Shown: one piece after another, positions 17,652 through 27,602 of the stretch
How the letters are laid out: every line of letters starts with the position of its first letter
How positions within the stretch are numbered: position 1 is the first letter of the stretch
Assembly (NCBI GenBank): GCA_965214775.1
Contig: OZ243974.1
Coordinates: forward strand, 608,001 to 672,000
Length of the DNA stretch: 64,000 nt
Direction: 5' to 3'
Source of the DNA: Nitrosopumilus sp.
GTDB taxonomy: Archaea > Thermoproteota > Nitrososphaeria > Nitrososphaerales > Nitrosopumilaceae
The notes under the pieces: generated by a model
Databases searched by the model: none
What the model was told of the DNA's origin: nothing
What the model saw: only the letters and a program-made list of their open reading frames with translations
Program-made: the position numbers and the translations under genes

Positions 17652-18056
17652 ATGAACGAGATAATCGCGGCAGTCATGCTGTTTGGCGTCATAACTGCCG
17701 TCTTTGTGCCGCTTATAGCCGACTCGGGCTCGCAGATATTCTCAAGATCCTCGACCATACGTGATTCCATGGAGGATGCGCGCATGCAGTCGGGCCAGTC
17801 CGCGGTGGCCACCCATGCACAGCAGGTCAACGGGACCATTACCATATTCGTATCCAACATAGGGGTCGAGGATATCCGCATACGCACCGTCCTGGTCGAC
17901 GGATACGAGTCGTCATATACATTGAATGACCAGGACGGTGACAAGACGGACGTGCTTGCAGCAGGCGGCCTGGGCTCGCTGGATGTTGCGGGTACCGGAG
18001 GCAAAGTCCAGATAATCACGACTGCAGGCAAGCTCTTTGATTTTGATGCCGGGTGA
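17652..18056 (+). CDS. Archaeal pilin-fold protein without a charged leader (minor pilin or ArlF/G-like)
   Basis: MNEIIAAVMLFGVI hydrophobic N-terminus; IFVSNIG...IRTVLVDG and IITTAGK motifs typical of archaeal pilins. Confidence 0.72.
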   Translation: MNEIIAAVMLFGVITAVFVPLIADSGSQIFSRSSTIRDSMEDARMQSGQSAVATHAQQVNGTITIFVSNIGVEDIRIRTVLVDGYESSYTLNDQDGDKTDVLAAGGLGSLDVAGTGGKVQIITTAGKLFDFDAG

Positions 18057-18215
18057 CGTGTTTGAAAGTCAGGGGGTTTTAGCCGGTGACTCCGGCATTG
18101 TCAGACGCTTTATCGCATTGTGTCTCCCCCATGACTTTGATTTTGATGTCCAGTCTTCCCAAAAAGCGTAGGTCATACCCAACATTCTTAAATACAAACT
18201 TTGCATAGATCATGC

Positions 18216-18314
18216 ATGCCTGATTCCAAAAAAATAACGATGGAACTAGAAGACGTCAAGGAGAGCTTGGCCAAAAGAGCCCATGAAGAGTGGAAGGAGT
18301 TAGGCGAAGACTAG
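18216..18314 (+). CDS. Putative 32-aa charged peptide
   Basis: MPDSKKITMELEDVKESLAKRAHEEWKELGED with TTAAATA upstream; converges on the SDH protease gene. Confidence 0.35.
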   Translation: MPDSKKITMELEDVKESLAKRAHEEWKELGED

Positions 18315-18318
18315 AAAA

Positions 18319-19227
18319 TTATTCTGTTTTGTTTGATTTGGGAACACAATAGCGGATAAAGTGCCTGTCGGCCTCCCTGCCGACATATTTGGCAAACCAA
18401 TGCCTCATTAAATTCCACTCTTCTACATCCGTATCATCGGATTCAATACGCAGTCCGATCTTGCTTGCGAGGTTTTTGTCAATTACAAATCCATGCGTGG
18501 GCAGATTAAAAATCAACTCGTCCGTTATTTGTCCAATGCTTTCCTCATCATAGCCTGATTTTCCCAAAATTGTTCTGAGGTATTTTATGTTGGCTTCCCT
18601 TAACCCAAAAAATTCCTCATACATGACAGGATCTATCAATTCGGCCATGTGTCTGTCTGGATATCCTATTTCCCCCTCCTGCTGTTTTTCAAATTTCTTA
18701 TCCAGTCGTTTTTTAGCCCGTGATATGGAATTAACCGAAACAGGCCCCTCGTTTTTGTACTGCCTCTGCGGATCTACGGGGCTTAGTTGACTCATCACAC
18801 CCATTCGGATCTTGTTTCCGGTCAAAGCCAGCATCGTGCCGCCGCTTGCAGCTATATGCGGAACAAACACGGTAATCTCTTCGAATGCGTCTCTGATTGC
18901 CTGTGCGATCTTAAATGACGACGCAACCCCGCCGCCGACAGAGTTGATGAGCAGATACGCGTTTTTCTTTTCTGTGGGTTTTGTTTTCTGGTCAATGTCT
19001 GCAAGTGCATCCTCGATTCCAAATTCATCGACGATGGTTATCGTTGCACTGCCCGATCTTCGTGGATTGTATTTTTTGGGGTTGTAAGAGCCGACGAATG
19101 CCAACAAAATAACATTTTTTTCATCAGATAATTTTTGTAGTTCCTCGTCCTTCTCTTCCTCAGAATCAATGAATTTTCTGATGCCCTCCGGCGTATCCAC
19201 AGCTTCGTTTTTCATATCCGATTCCAT
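18319..19227 (-). CDS. SDH-family (ClpP/crotonase-fold) serine protease
   Basis: INSVGGG, PHIAASGGTMLAL (catalytic Ser), LSPVDPQ, THGFVI. Confidence 0.85.
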   Translation of the reverse strand: MESDMKNEAVDTPEGIRKFIDSEEEKDEELQKLSDEKNVILLAFVGSYNPKKYNPRRSGSATITIVDEFGIEDALADIDQKTKPTEKKNAYLLINSVGGGVASSFKIAQAIRDAFEEITVFVPHIAASGGTMLALTGNKIRMGVMSQLSPVDPQRQYKNEGPVSVNSISRAKKRLDKKFEKQQEGEIGYPDRHMAELIDPVMYEEFFGLREANIKYLRTILGKSGYDEESIGQITDELIFNLPTHGFVIDKNLASKIGLRIESDDTDVEEWNLMRHWFAKYVGREADRHFIRYCVPKSNKTE

Positions 19228-19426
19228 TCAATTTGGCAATGCCGCCTTTTTATGCCTAGCGATAGGCCGCATGATGCGGGCCTGCCACCCATAGTGATGA
19301 TTAAAAGTCTTTGAGGTCAAAAAACCGACGGTGACGCGTTTTGATCGCCGTGTTCCATGCATGACATGGCTGTACCGAATGTCGGGTGGCATGCTTGGTG
19401 GACGGCAGCTGCCGGCCTTTCACATG

Positions 19427-19858
19427 TCACGGATGGTTCTTCCCATACACCACGCTGCATTCCTCCACGGAGCCGTCCTCGGAGGTTATCGTCGCCCTTA
19501 CCATGTGGGCAGGGTCTGCAACCGATGCGGCAAACGTACCCGACGGCTTCCACGAGTCCCCCGGGTCAAGAGCCGTCCCGTTGAGTCCGTGTACGGTACC
19601 GTCGTCATCGAGGAACCACACCGCTGCAGAGTCGACTGTCACGGTTCCCGTGTTGTATATGGACGCGGCAAAGTACGCCCGTCCCGCCCCGGTTTCGTGC
19701 AGCGCGATATCGGATATCTCGCATCCTATGGATCCCGTAAGGTTGCCCACCTGTCCCAGCAGTACAGATGCCACCGCCGCCGCCATGACAGAGGCCAGTC
19801 CTATCAGGAGCGACACCGCGACTAGGCTGTGGATGCCCCGGCGTGTCTTGGTAATCAA
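19427..19858 (-). CDS. Archaeal type IV pilin
   Basis: Class III signal peptide KTRRG|IHSLVAVSLLIGL; IYNTGTVTV motif. Confidence 0.85.
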   Translation of the reverse strand: MITKTRRGIHSLVAVSLLIGLASVMAAAVASVLLGQVGNLTGSIGCEISDIALHETGAGRAYFAASIYNTGTVTVDSAAVWFLDDDGTVHGLNGTALDPGDSWKPSGTFAASVADPAHMVRATITSEDGSVEECSVVYGKNHP

Positions 19859-21684
19859 GGCCCCTCCCCGGGCGGGGACGTGTCAAACAGCGTTCTTTCC
19901 TCCCCGGATGGCTCGAACCTCACGTGCAGGCGGTACCTCTTTGTGAGCAGTATGGCGTTTCCGGGATCAAATGACTTTATCCGGGAGACCTCGTGCGGCG
20001 ACAGATTGAGTATCTTGGCGGCGCTGTCGGTGGCCTCCTCCTCCATGTTCAGCAAGATCTTGGTCTCCATGTTGTCCACGATGCGGCTCGTCCCGCCCCT
20101 GTCCTGCGCAATGTCGTCTATGTTCTGCGATACGAACAGGAACTTTACGTTGCGCTTTCTTCCCATGCGGACTATCTGCTCTATGTACTTTTGGGCGCCC
20201 TCCATCTTGAAGATCATCCACGCCTCGTCCAATAAAATTATCTTCTGTACGTTCTGCGGCATGGCCTCTATCCTCTTCCATACCCTGCTCAGGGCGAGGA
20301 CCAGCAGCATTATCTCGTGCGGCTTGCCGTCTGCCTTTCTCATCGATATCACGAGCCGGTCCGATATCTTCGGGGTTCCGCGCATCATCCTGGCAAGCGG
20401 CCCGTCCACCAGGTCGTCAAGCCACTTTTGCGAGCCCGGATTGTCCGCAAGGGTATCGTACAGCTCGTCGACGCTGCCCACCCTGTCAGAGAACCTGCGG
20501 AACTGCTTTATCACGTCCTCGGGCGCCCGGGTCACGCCGCCCAGTATGTCGGCCGCATCCGCTGGCTCCAGCAGCTTGAAGGGGTCGAGGCCCAGCTCGG
20601 CGTCCCCGCCGGTTATCTGCATCCGGTCAAGGCCAAGCTCGGGGGCGATGTCGTGGTACTCGCCCATCGGGTCTATGACAAAGCACAGGCTCTCCGGGTA
20701 TTTCTCAAGCAGCCTGCGAAGGATCATCTTTGCCGTAAAGGACTTGCCCGAGCCCGACGTCCCGATTATGGCCATGTTGTAGTTTGTCCTCTTCTGAAAG
20801 TCAAATATCACGGGCGCCCCGCTGTCGGTGTTTATGCCCAGCACCAGGCCGTTTGGGACCTCCAGCATGTCGCCTGACACCATCGAGTAGAGGCACGACA
20901 TGCTTCCCAGGTCGAATGTGAGCGTCCTTCCCCACCCCTCCGCGAGCATGGCCCCCTGCCTTGCCATCTGCGTGCAGAACTCCTCGCCCTGGATGCTGGC
21001 GGCATCGCGCAGCTCCCGGACTGCCGTCCGCAGTCCCCTGAGGTCCGGCGCCACCAGTATGCATACCACCCTGCACCGGAACAGGCCAGAGTGGTTCTGC
21101 CTCATCGACGTCTCTGCGCGCTCTAATTTTTCGTACTCGGCTGCCGCAGACTTTGAGCGCAGCGACGACTCGTAGACCAGCTCCTTTCTCCTGCGTATGC
21201 CCTCAAGCGCGTCCCGGTGCCGTACGGGCTCTATCCAGATGTCCACCTCGTGGCATGCGGGAAATATCCCCGTCGCAATCCACCCCCACGCAATCTCGTA
21301 GGGGAGGCGGCGCAGCGTAAAGCACTTGGCCACAGCCGTCACCCCGTCGCCGATGTCGACGTCCATGTGGCGCCATCCCTCGCGCAGTATCCTTATCTGC
21401 CGGTGCCCGCCGATATCGGCGGTGTACTCGTAGCGCAGCGCGTCAAATATCCGGTTGAGCGGCTCGCCGCTTGAGACGTACAGCTGCAGTATGGGCATCC
21501 CCACCATCTGCCCGTCCACCGGGATTGTCAGCATCTTTCTTGCCAGCCTTATCCGAATCGGCTTGGATATCACGCGCAGCAGGTCAAAGAACTCGCCCAG
21601 CTTCTTGCGCTGCTTTTGCTCGGGAAGCGTGACAAAGTTTGTCGGCGTTACGGTATAGTGGTACGAGAATCTCACATCAGTCAA
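19855..21684 (-). CDS. virB4: VirB4-like conjugation ATPase (likely start GTG 21675)
   Basis: NMAIIGTSGSGKS, VIDPMGEY, ILLDEAW, GRKRNVKFLFVSQ. Confidence 0.88.
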   Translation of the reverse strand: MTDVRFSYHYTVTPTNFVTLPEQKQRKKLGEFFDLLRVISKPIRIRLARKMLTIPVDGQMVGMPILQLYVSSGEPLNRIFDALRYEYTADIGGHRQIRILREGWRHMDVDIGDGVTAVAKCFTLRRLPYEIAWGWIATGIFPACHEVDIWIEPVRHRDALEGIRRRKELVYESSLRSKSAAAEYEKLERAETSMRQNHSGLFRCRVVCILVAPDLRGLRTAVRELRDAASIQGEEFCTQMARQGAMLAEGWGRTLTFDLGSMSCLYSMVSGDMLEVPNGLVLGINTDSGAPVIFDFQKRTNYNMAIIGTSGSGKSFTAKMILRRLLEKYPESLCFVIDPMGEYHDIAPELGLDRMQITGGDAELGLDPFKLLEPADAADILGGVTRAPEDVIKQFRRFSDRVGSVDELYDTLADNPGSQKWLDDLVDGPLARMMRGTPKISDRLVISMRKADGKPHEIMLLVLALSRVWKRIEAMPQNVQKIILLDEAWMIFKMEGAQKYIEQIVRMGRKRNVKFLFVSQNIDDIAQDRGGTSRIVDNMETKILLNMEEEATDSAAKILNLSPHEVSRIKSFDPGNAILLTKRYRLHVRFEPSGEERTLFDTSPPGEGP

Positions 21685-21696
21685 GCGGGCCCGGCC

Positions 21697-21702
21697 TTAA
21701 AA
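21697..21702. promoter_or_regulatory. Single bidirectional TATA box (TTAAAA/TTTTAA) between virB4 and the pilus ATPase
   Basis: 27 nt from ATG 21724 on + and 27 nt from GTG 21675 on -. Confidence 0.6.
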
Positions 21703-21723
21703 GGGCGGCACCGCTTGACGCGT

Positions 21724-23208
21724 ATGGAGCACCATGCCGGGGAGTTCAGTATCGTGCGGTTTGAGACCGGCGGCCCCGATGAAATAGCAGAGTCATACAA
21801 GGTAAACGGCGCCACGGTTCACATAACGCGCGACGGCAGGTACCTGGTGTCCGAGCCCGGGCTGAGCGACAGGGCGGAGAAGGTGTGGCAGGGCCTCATG
21901 GAGAACCTGTACTATTCGTTTGCGGACACGCACGTGGGGGATGCCGTGCAGGCGGTAAAGGACAGGCTGGAGGAGGAGGCAAGGCAGACGGCGGTGCTCG
22001 ATATATACGGGGCAGAAAAGGAGGCAATCGAGTACTATCTGATACGCGACATTGCCGGATACAGGGAACTTGACGTGCTGATGAGGGATCCGGGGATAGA
22101 GGACATCATATGCACCAGGTTTGACAGGGAGGTGGCAGTCATCCACCGCGATCACCTGGAGGCCGAGATGCTTAAGACCAACATCAGGTTTGCAACGCAG
22201 GAATCCTTTGACGGCCTGCTGCAGATAATGGCCCAGCGCAACGGCACGGCCCCCACGATATCCAAGCCCATATCGTATTGTTCCACCCCGGACAACGACA
22301 GGATAACCATAACGTGGAAGGACGAGGTCTCACGGCCCGGATCCACGCTTGCGATCAGAAAGTTTCCAAGGGAGCCGTATACGATAACGCACCTGCTGGA
22401 GTCCGGCGTACTCAGCCCGCTGATGGCAGCATACGTCTGGGTGATGAACGATGCCAGGTCGTTCTCCTTTATAGTGGGCGAGACCGGCTCGGGCAAGACG
22501 ACCATGATAAACGCCCTTGCCTGCATGATGCACCCCCGGTGGCACGTGCTGACCATAGAGGAGACGCGGGAGCTGAGCATACCGCACTACTGGAACGAGT
22601 ACATGGTGACGCGGACCAGCCCGCACCTTGCCAGGTCGGACTACGACATCGACATAATGGGCCTCGGCATGGCAGCGCTGAGAAAGAAGCCGCACTATGT
22701 CATAGTCGGCGAGGTGCGCGGAAGGGAGGCACAGCAGCTCTTCCAGGTGGCGCTCACCGGGCACGGGTGCGTCTCCAGCATACACGCGCCCGGCGCAGGC
22801 GACCTTATGGTCAGGCTGGGCGGAGACGAGATGGGGATCACGCGGACCCAGCAGGCAAGCATCGACTATCTTATCCAGATACAGAAGGTGAAGACGGGCG
22901 GGGGAACCGTGGCAAGGAGGGTCACGGGTATTACGGAGGTGGCCGGAGGAGCCGTCCCGGAGCTGCACGAGCTGTTCTCGTATGATCCGGCAGCGGAGTC
23001 GTTTCTGCCGGGCGATACAGATGACGTGATATCTAACAGCGTAAAGCTGAAGGATGCCACAAGGTTTCTCGGGATAGACGATATCGGGGAGGACATGGAG
23101 AGGCGCATCTCGCTTCTTGATGAGTGTGTAAGGAGCAGGGCGCACAGCGTGCGCGACGTGTTTGGCATAACCTCCAGGTATTACGGCGTGACATCGCCCG
23201 GCTCCTGA
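21724..23208 (+). CDS. Type IV pilus assembly ATPase (ArlI/TadA/VirB11 family)
   Basis: DPGIEDI, IRKF, GETGSGKTT, TIEETREL, VGEVRG, TGHG-SSIHA. Confidence 0.93.
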   Translation: MEHHAGEFSIVRFETGGPDEIAESYKVNGATVHITRDGRYLVSEPGLSDRAEKVWQGLMENLYYSFADTHVGDAVQAVKDRLEEEARQTAVLDIYGAEKEAIEYYLIRDIAGYRELDVLMRDPGIEDIICTRFDREVAVIHRDHLEAEMLKTNIRFATQESFDGLLQIMAQRNGTAPTISKPISYCSTPDNDRITITWKDEVSRPGSTLAIRKFPREPYTITHLLESGVLSPLMAAYVWVMNDARSFSFIVGETGSGKTTMINALACMMHPRWHVLTIEETRELSIPHYWNEYMVTRTSPHLARSDYDIDIMGLGMAALRKKPHYVIVGEVRGREAQQLFQVALTGHGCVSSIHAPGAGDLMVRLGGDEMGITRTQQASIDYLIQIQKVKTGGGTVARRVTGITEVAGGAVPELHELFSYDPAAESFLPGDTDDVISNSVKLKDATRFLGIDDIGEDMERRISLLDECVRSRAHSVRDVFGITSRYYGVTSPGS

Positions 23209-23213
23209 GTATG

Positions 23214-23615
23214 TCAGGTACCGTCTGATTCTAGGAACTTCTCGTTTGAGAGTATCGCGGTACCGTGAAGCGTGGCAAACAGGTATGCCACTGCCGTGCT
23301 TGCCGCCGGGTCGAGTCCGTGCATGACTATGACGGGCAGCGATGCAACGCATGCCGTCTCGATTGTTACAGTTATCAGCCAAGAGGCCCTGGCTGAGAAT
23401 CTCCTGTATACAGCGGACAGTATGACGCTCTGCTCGTGTCCTGGTATGCGGGAGCTGTTATCAAAGGTAACGTACAGATCCAGGCACATGGCTGATGCCC
23501 ACATGCCAGCTACAGCCAGTCCCGACAACCAATCCACATCGGGCCTTGTAAAAAAATACAAAAAGAGTATGGAGGCCGAGGATATGATCCCGGCACGGTC
23601 AGGGGCGCGGAACAA
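23214..23615 (-). CDS. Small multi-TM hypothetical protein
   Basis: Four hydrophobic segments; overlaps the upstream gene. Confidence 0.6.
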   Translation of the reverse strand: MFRAPDRAGIISSASILFLYFFTRPDVDWLSGLAVAGMWASAMCLDLYVTFDNSSRIPGHEQSVILSAVYRRFSARASWLITVTIETACVASLPVIVMHGLDPAASTAVAYLFATLHGTAILSNEKFLESDGT

Positions 23616-23904
23616 ACCTGTACTGGATGCCCTTTATCCCAAAGGCAACTATGATCACCACGGCCCCACCTATCCGTATCGCGTTGAGGGCTATGCTTAT
23701 CAGGCCCGTGACGTCCTCTGAGAATATCGCGTTCTCCTGACACTGCTCGTCCTCGCCTACCGCACAGAACGTGTTGATGTCGACCCCCATGAGGGGCGCG
23801 ACTATCGTGGGTGCGGCAATGATGAATATCATCGCGACAAAGGCCTTCTTTCCGAACCTGACAAGGTCTCCCTTGCTCTTTCCCTCGTCATCGTCTCCGA
23901 ACAT
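23599..23904 (-). CDS. Two-TM protein, possible VirB2/TrbC-like conjugative pilin
   Basis: Two hydrophobic helices; TTAAAT 26 nt upstream of ATG 23904; assignment from size and context only. Confidence 0.5.
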   Translation of the reverse strand: MFGDDDEGKSKGDLVRFGKKAFVAMIFIIAAPTIVAPLMGVDINTFCAVGEDEQCQENAIFSEDVTGLISIALNAIRIGGAVVIIVAFGIKGIQYRFVPRP

Positions 23905-23988
23905 GGTGTGTATGATGCCGTTTGATTTAAGGGGCAAAAACTAGCGTAGTATGTCAGGTTCCGCTCCTGCAGTCCACGAATCGTGTGT

Positions 23989-25629
23989 TCAGCTTGACCG
24001 GTTGCTTGTAACACTTGCGTTTAGCTTATCAATGGAACGGATAAGACACTTGACAAGGTTTTTGTAGAATTCTATGTGAGTTGCTTTGTCAAGACCGTAT
24101 TTTTGTCGCATTTTTGTGTATTCTTTTCCCTTTCTGTGTGCAACAGACGATGAGCGAATATCCTGAATCTCATCCAGCTGTGATAGTATCTCCTGGTTAA
24201 GGTGTTGATGATCTAGAAACGCCGCAAGCATTCGTATCTTCTTGCCTTTTAACTCCTCAAGTCTTCCAGAATCAAAGTTTTCTAGTTTGAGTTTTTTTTC
24301 TAACTTTCCGATGTCTATCGACTCTGGAAGCAATATTTCAAGATGATTGATCTGAGCTTCAAACTCGGTAACCTCGTCGTTTAATGGAATGTGTATGCTA
24401 CCTTTATGGGAATCATGCGCGCTCAAAGGAGTGAATAGTTTAAAGCCGTAACTCTGTTCAAAATTATTTTGTAGTGTTTCAAGAGACTTGTTAAATCTAG
24501 ATATTACATCTTTTGGATCCTCAAATTCGGCTTTAAAATCTTGTGCAATTCTCTGTGGCGAGATGCCTCCCTCCGGGGGCACGTTGAACTGTCTCCAGTG
24601 TTTCTGTTCTTCATATGGGATGTGGGATAAATCTCCAAGATGCACATGTACCAGATCTTTACGGTTTGTGTCTATATCAATACACCAAAACTCGTTACAT
24701 AGTAAACGGGTTGGCTCTACCGTATACTTGGATGGGCTGTCAGAGTATTTTTTCAGAACATCGCGTCTGAAAAAAACTGGTATTAGAAACGTACTTCTTT
24801 CCTCTCCGGAAGAATTACTCAGTTTTCTCTCTTCACATGTTGACTCTATTTCTTCTCCCTGGTCATCTACGCCAATTATGAAGTCACAGTATTGCTTGGG
24901 CCATCCCAGTAGATCCTTTGGTTTGTCAAGCGGTAGCACAATATCTTTTCCCATTGCAACTGCAATGGATTTAAAGTCAGAGTCGAAACTGCACTGACAA
25001 ACGCATATAGAGAAGTTGCGTGTTTCGTCTTGTATGGATTTTTTGTCTTCGGCAATTCCCAAGTTGTCAAGAGACTGCTTGCTGTTAACGTTATGATGGT
25101 GCTGCCTGATCAGTATTTTGTGTTTTAACGCAAGGTAATTTCTCAAAAATTTTGTCTTGATTTCGATTCTCTTGTCGTTTTGTTCGTTTTTGATCTTAAT
25201 TACACAAACGTCTTGACCTGTGTTAGATACTGCCTTGAAGGCATTTTCTTTGTCATCAAAATACAGGTTGTAAAACAGGATAAAATCCTGAATCAGTTCA
25301 AATTTTGCAGGTTTGTTATCCCATGTTCTGTATAGAACAAACGGCTCTAGTTTGATTCCGTCTATATCTTCTGATGAATTCTCATCATAGCATACCTTGC
25401 CGTCACTCTCCCATACTTCTGGAATTCCAAACCTGTTTGTTGTCACCCATGTGCAATTTTCTATTATGCCTGCAGAAGAATCGGTTTCTGCCAGTATGCT
25501 GGTGGTAAAGAACTCAGACTCTAGCGTTGGTTGTTTGTCTGCATGGCTTTTAGCTACGGTGATCCAATTTTTATCACGGTCTGGATTGTCTAACCAATCC
25601 TTAAAATGCATCATGCTGACGGTATCCAA
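23989..25629 (-). CDS. AT-rich cargo protein with C-terminal HEPN-like motif
   Basis: 546 aa; helical C-terminus with IRSSSVAH (Rx5H). Confidence 0.6.
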   Translation of the reverse strand: MDTVSMMHFKDWLDNPDRDKNWITVAKSHADKQPTLESEFFTTSILAETDSSAGIIENCTWVTTNRFGIPEVWESDGKVCYDENSSEDIDGIKLEPFVLYRTWDNKPAKFELIQDFILFYNLYFDDKENAFKAVSNTGQDVCVIKIKNEQNDKRIEIKTKFLRNYLALKHKILIRQHHHNVNSKQSLDNLGIAEDKKSIQDETRNFSICVCQCSFDSDFKSIAVAMGKDIVLPLDKPKDLLGWPKQYCDFIIGVDDQGEEIESTCEERKLSNSSGEERSTFLIPVFFRRDVLKKYSDSPSKYTVEPTRLLCNEFWCIDIDTNRKDLVHVHLGDLSHIPYEEQKHWRQFNVPPEGGISPQRIAQDFKAEFEDPKDVISRFNKSLETLQNNFEQSYGFKLFTPLSAHDSHKGSIHIPLNDEVTEFEAQINHLEILLPESIDIGKLEKKLKLENFDSGRLEELKGKKIRMLAAFLDHQHLNQEILSQLDEIQDIRSSSVAHRKGKEYTKMRQKYGLDKATHIEFYKNLVKCLIRSIDKLNASVTSNRSS

Positions 25630-25934
25630 ATCCTGTTAACACCTCAAGAGTTAGCCTACAGCCGGATACGGTTTTGTGTCAGGTGCTTTCAGGGCATGAT
25701 TCCTATCACCATCTTTTGTAACGCTAATCCTACGACCTTGCAAAAACTGTTGTTTTTCATGCGGCCCCCTGGCTTTATTCTTGCACCATACTTTTTCAGG
25801 GCAATTGATGCAATCTGTATTGTTTGCCATTCTAATCCCACAACTGATCAATTCCACTAGTGGTATTTAAAAAAAACCGATGTTGAAAAAATTGCAATTT
25901 TTGATCGCATGATCGCAAAAAACAGTTTTGAAGG

Positions 25935-26051
25935 TAATAGGATAGCCCCTGCCTAGGCAGCAATCAGGCACGAATCTGCCTGCAGTTGTGATTTTCATGC
26001 CTGAACAGACGGTGGGTATGACTTCAACTCTAGGCAGGGGCTATCCTATTA
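25935..26051. repeat. MITE-like element with perfect 22-bp terminal inverted repeats
   Basis: taataggatagcccctgcctag at 25935-25956; ctaggcaggggctatcctatta at 26030-26051. Confidence 0.75.
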
Positions 26052-26270
26052 TCTATGTGTCATGTTTATAAGGATTCCACGCGCAACGGTGTTGTGAGGC
26101 ATGGCTTTGGCTGGGGGTCTTTCCTGACAATTCCAAAATGAAGGTCGGACATTTATCTATATCTATGTGTCATGTTTATAAGGATTCCACGCGCAACGGT
26201 GTTGTGAGGCATGGCTTTGGCTGGGGGTCTTTCCTGACAATTCCAAAATGAAGGTCGGACATTTATCTAT
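26051..26270. repeat. Exact 110-bp tandem duplication
   Basis: 26051-26160 is identical to 26161-26270. Confidence 0.95.
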
Positions 26271-26396
26271 ACGAGGATCTCCCTCAGCACCATTCTTCAT
26301 CCATTTATCAGAACCATTCTGCAGTTACAAAACGAGGATCGCCCTCAACTAGGTTAACGCAGATTAAAGTTCTAACTGTAATGGTAATACTAACAT

Positions 26397-27527
26397 TCAT
26401 TTCACACACGCATCTCCTATGCACTGCTTGAAGGTCATCCTCTTCTTTAGCATCCAGTATGATATGCGCAGCATCTTGGATGCGGCAGCCACTGCGGCCT
26501 TGGACGTTCCCCTCTTCTTTGCAACCCTCTTGTAAAAGACAGATATCGGCGAGTCTGACGGCGCATGTCTTACGTGGCTGTGTACTGACTCCACCAGGAG
26601 CCACCTCATCATGGGGCTGCCCCTCTTTGTTATCCTTCCATGGTGGACGGTGTCTGCCGAGTTTCTCACAGACGGCACCATTCCGGCATACGCGCACAGC
26701 TTGTGTGAGTCGGCAAACCTGTCAACGCCGTCTATCTCTGATGCCATGGTCAGCGCGGTGTAGCTGCCAAACCCGGGAATCGTCTGCAGTAAGACTGCAT
26801 CCGGACTGTCGGCAACTGCGCTCTTGATGCGCATGTCAATGCCTACTATCCTGTCGTTTATGGAGTCAATTATGCTTAATTTGTCATTTATCCTAAAGTT
26901 GTCCAGATCTCTCACCCTTGAGATCCACGGTCTGGAGAACGGATCCCCATTTACCTGTATCCTGTTTTGCAGCAGTATTGCGTGTATCTGGTTCTTTAGT
27001 ACGGTCCTTGACTGTATCGTCTTTGCGCGGTGCCTGGTCAGCTGCCTGTTCTGTACCGTCTTGCCGGAGGGAACGTAGCATGCAGATATGTATCCTCCCC
27101 TGAGAAGATCTGCCAGAATCTGCGCGTCGACCTTGTCTGTCTTTTTCTTTGATGTGGCAATGACCTTGGTCTCAAACGGGTTTGAGAGGATCACGTCCCT
27201 TTTGAGACTGTCTGAAATGAACCTGAACAGCCCGTACCATACTGAAGAGGACTCCATGACGCACTTTGCATTCTTTGGAATCCCTGCAAATATCTTCCTT
27301 ATCTCGTCGTCCTTGTTGTCGACTCTTGTGTTACTCAGCACCTTGCCGCCCTTGTTCATCACTGCAACCTGGATGAAATTCTTGTGCACGTCCAGGCCGA
27401 CATACTGCTGCTGTTGTTGTTGTATTTGTACAGTCTTTGATTTCACACGTATCCTCTTTTTTGCGGTAATCTGTTTGTTTGCATTGCCATTTATCTTGGC
27501 ACCATCTGAATTTTGTTTTTGAGACAC
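26397..27527 (-). CDS. IS110-family recombinase/transposase
   Basis: DEDD motifs YVGLDVHK, VMES, KKTDKVDA; C-terminal TIPGFG, AYAGMVPSVRNSA, GRITKRGS. Confidence 0.95.
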   Translation of the reverse strand: MSQKQNSDGAKINGNANKQITAKKRIRVKSKTVQIQQQQQQYVGLDVHKNFIQVAVMNKGGKVLSNTRVDNKDDEIRKIFAGIPKNAKCVMESSSVWYGLFRFISDSLKRDVILSNPFETKVIATSKKKTDKVDAQILADLLRGGYISACYVPSGKTVQNRQLTRHRAKTIQSRTVLKNQIHAILLQNRIQVNGDPFSRPWISRVRDLDNFRINDKLSIIDSINDRIVGIDMRIKSAVADSPDAVLLQTIPGFGSYTALTMASEIDGVDRFADSHKLCAYAGMVPSVRNSADTVHHGRITKRGSPMMRWLLVESVHSHVRHAPSDSPISVFYKRVAKKRGTSKAAVAAASKMLRISYWMLKKRMTFKQCIGDACVK

Positions 27528-27602
27528 ATATGGTTACTTTTGAAGCCACCCTGAGCTAGACTCTCAGATTTTGATCCAATCAGTACACATTTCACTTATC
27601 CA

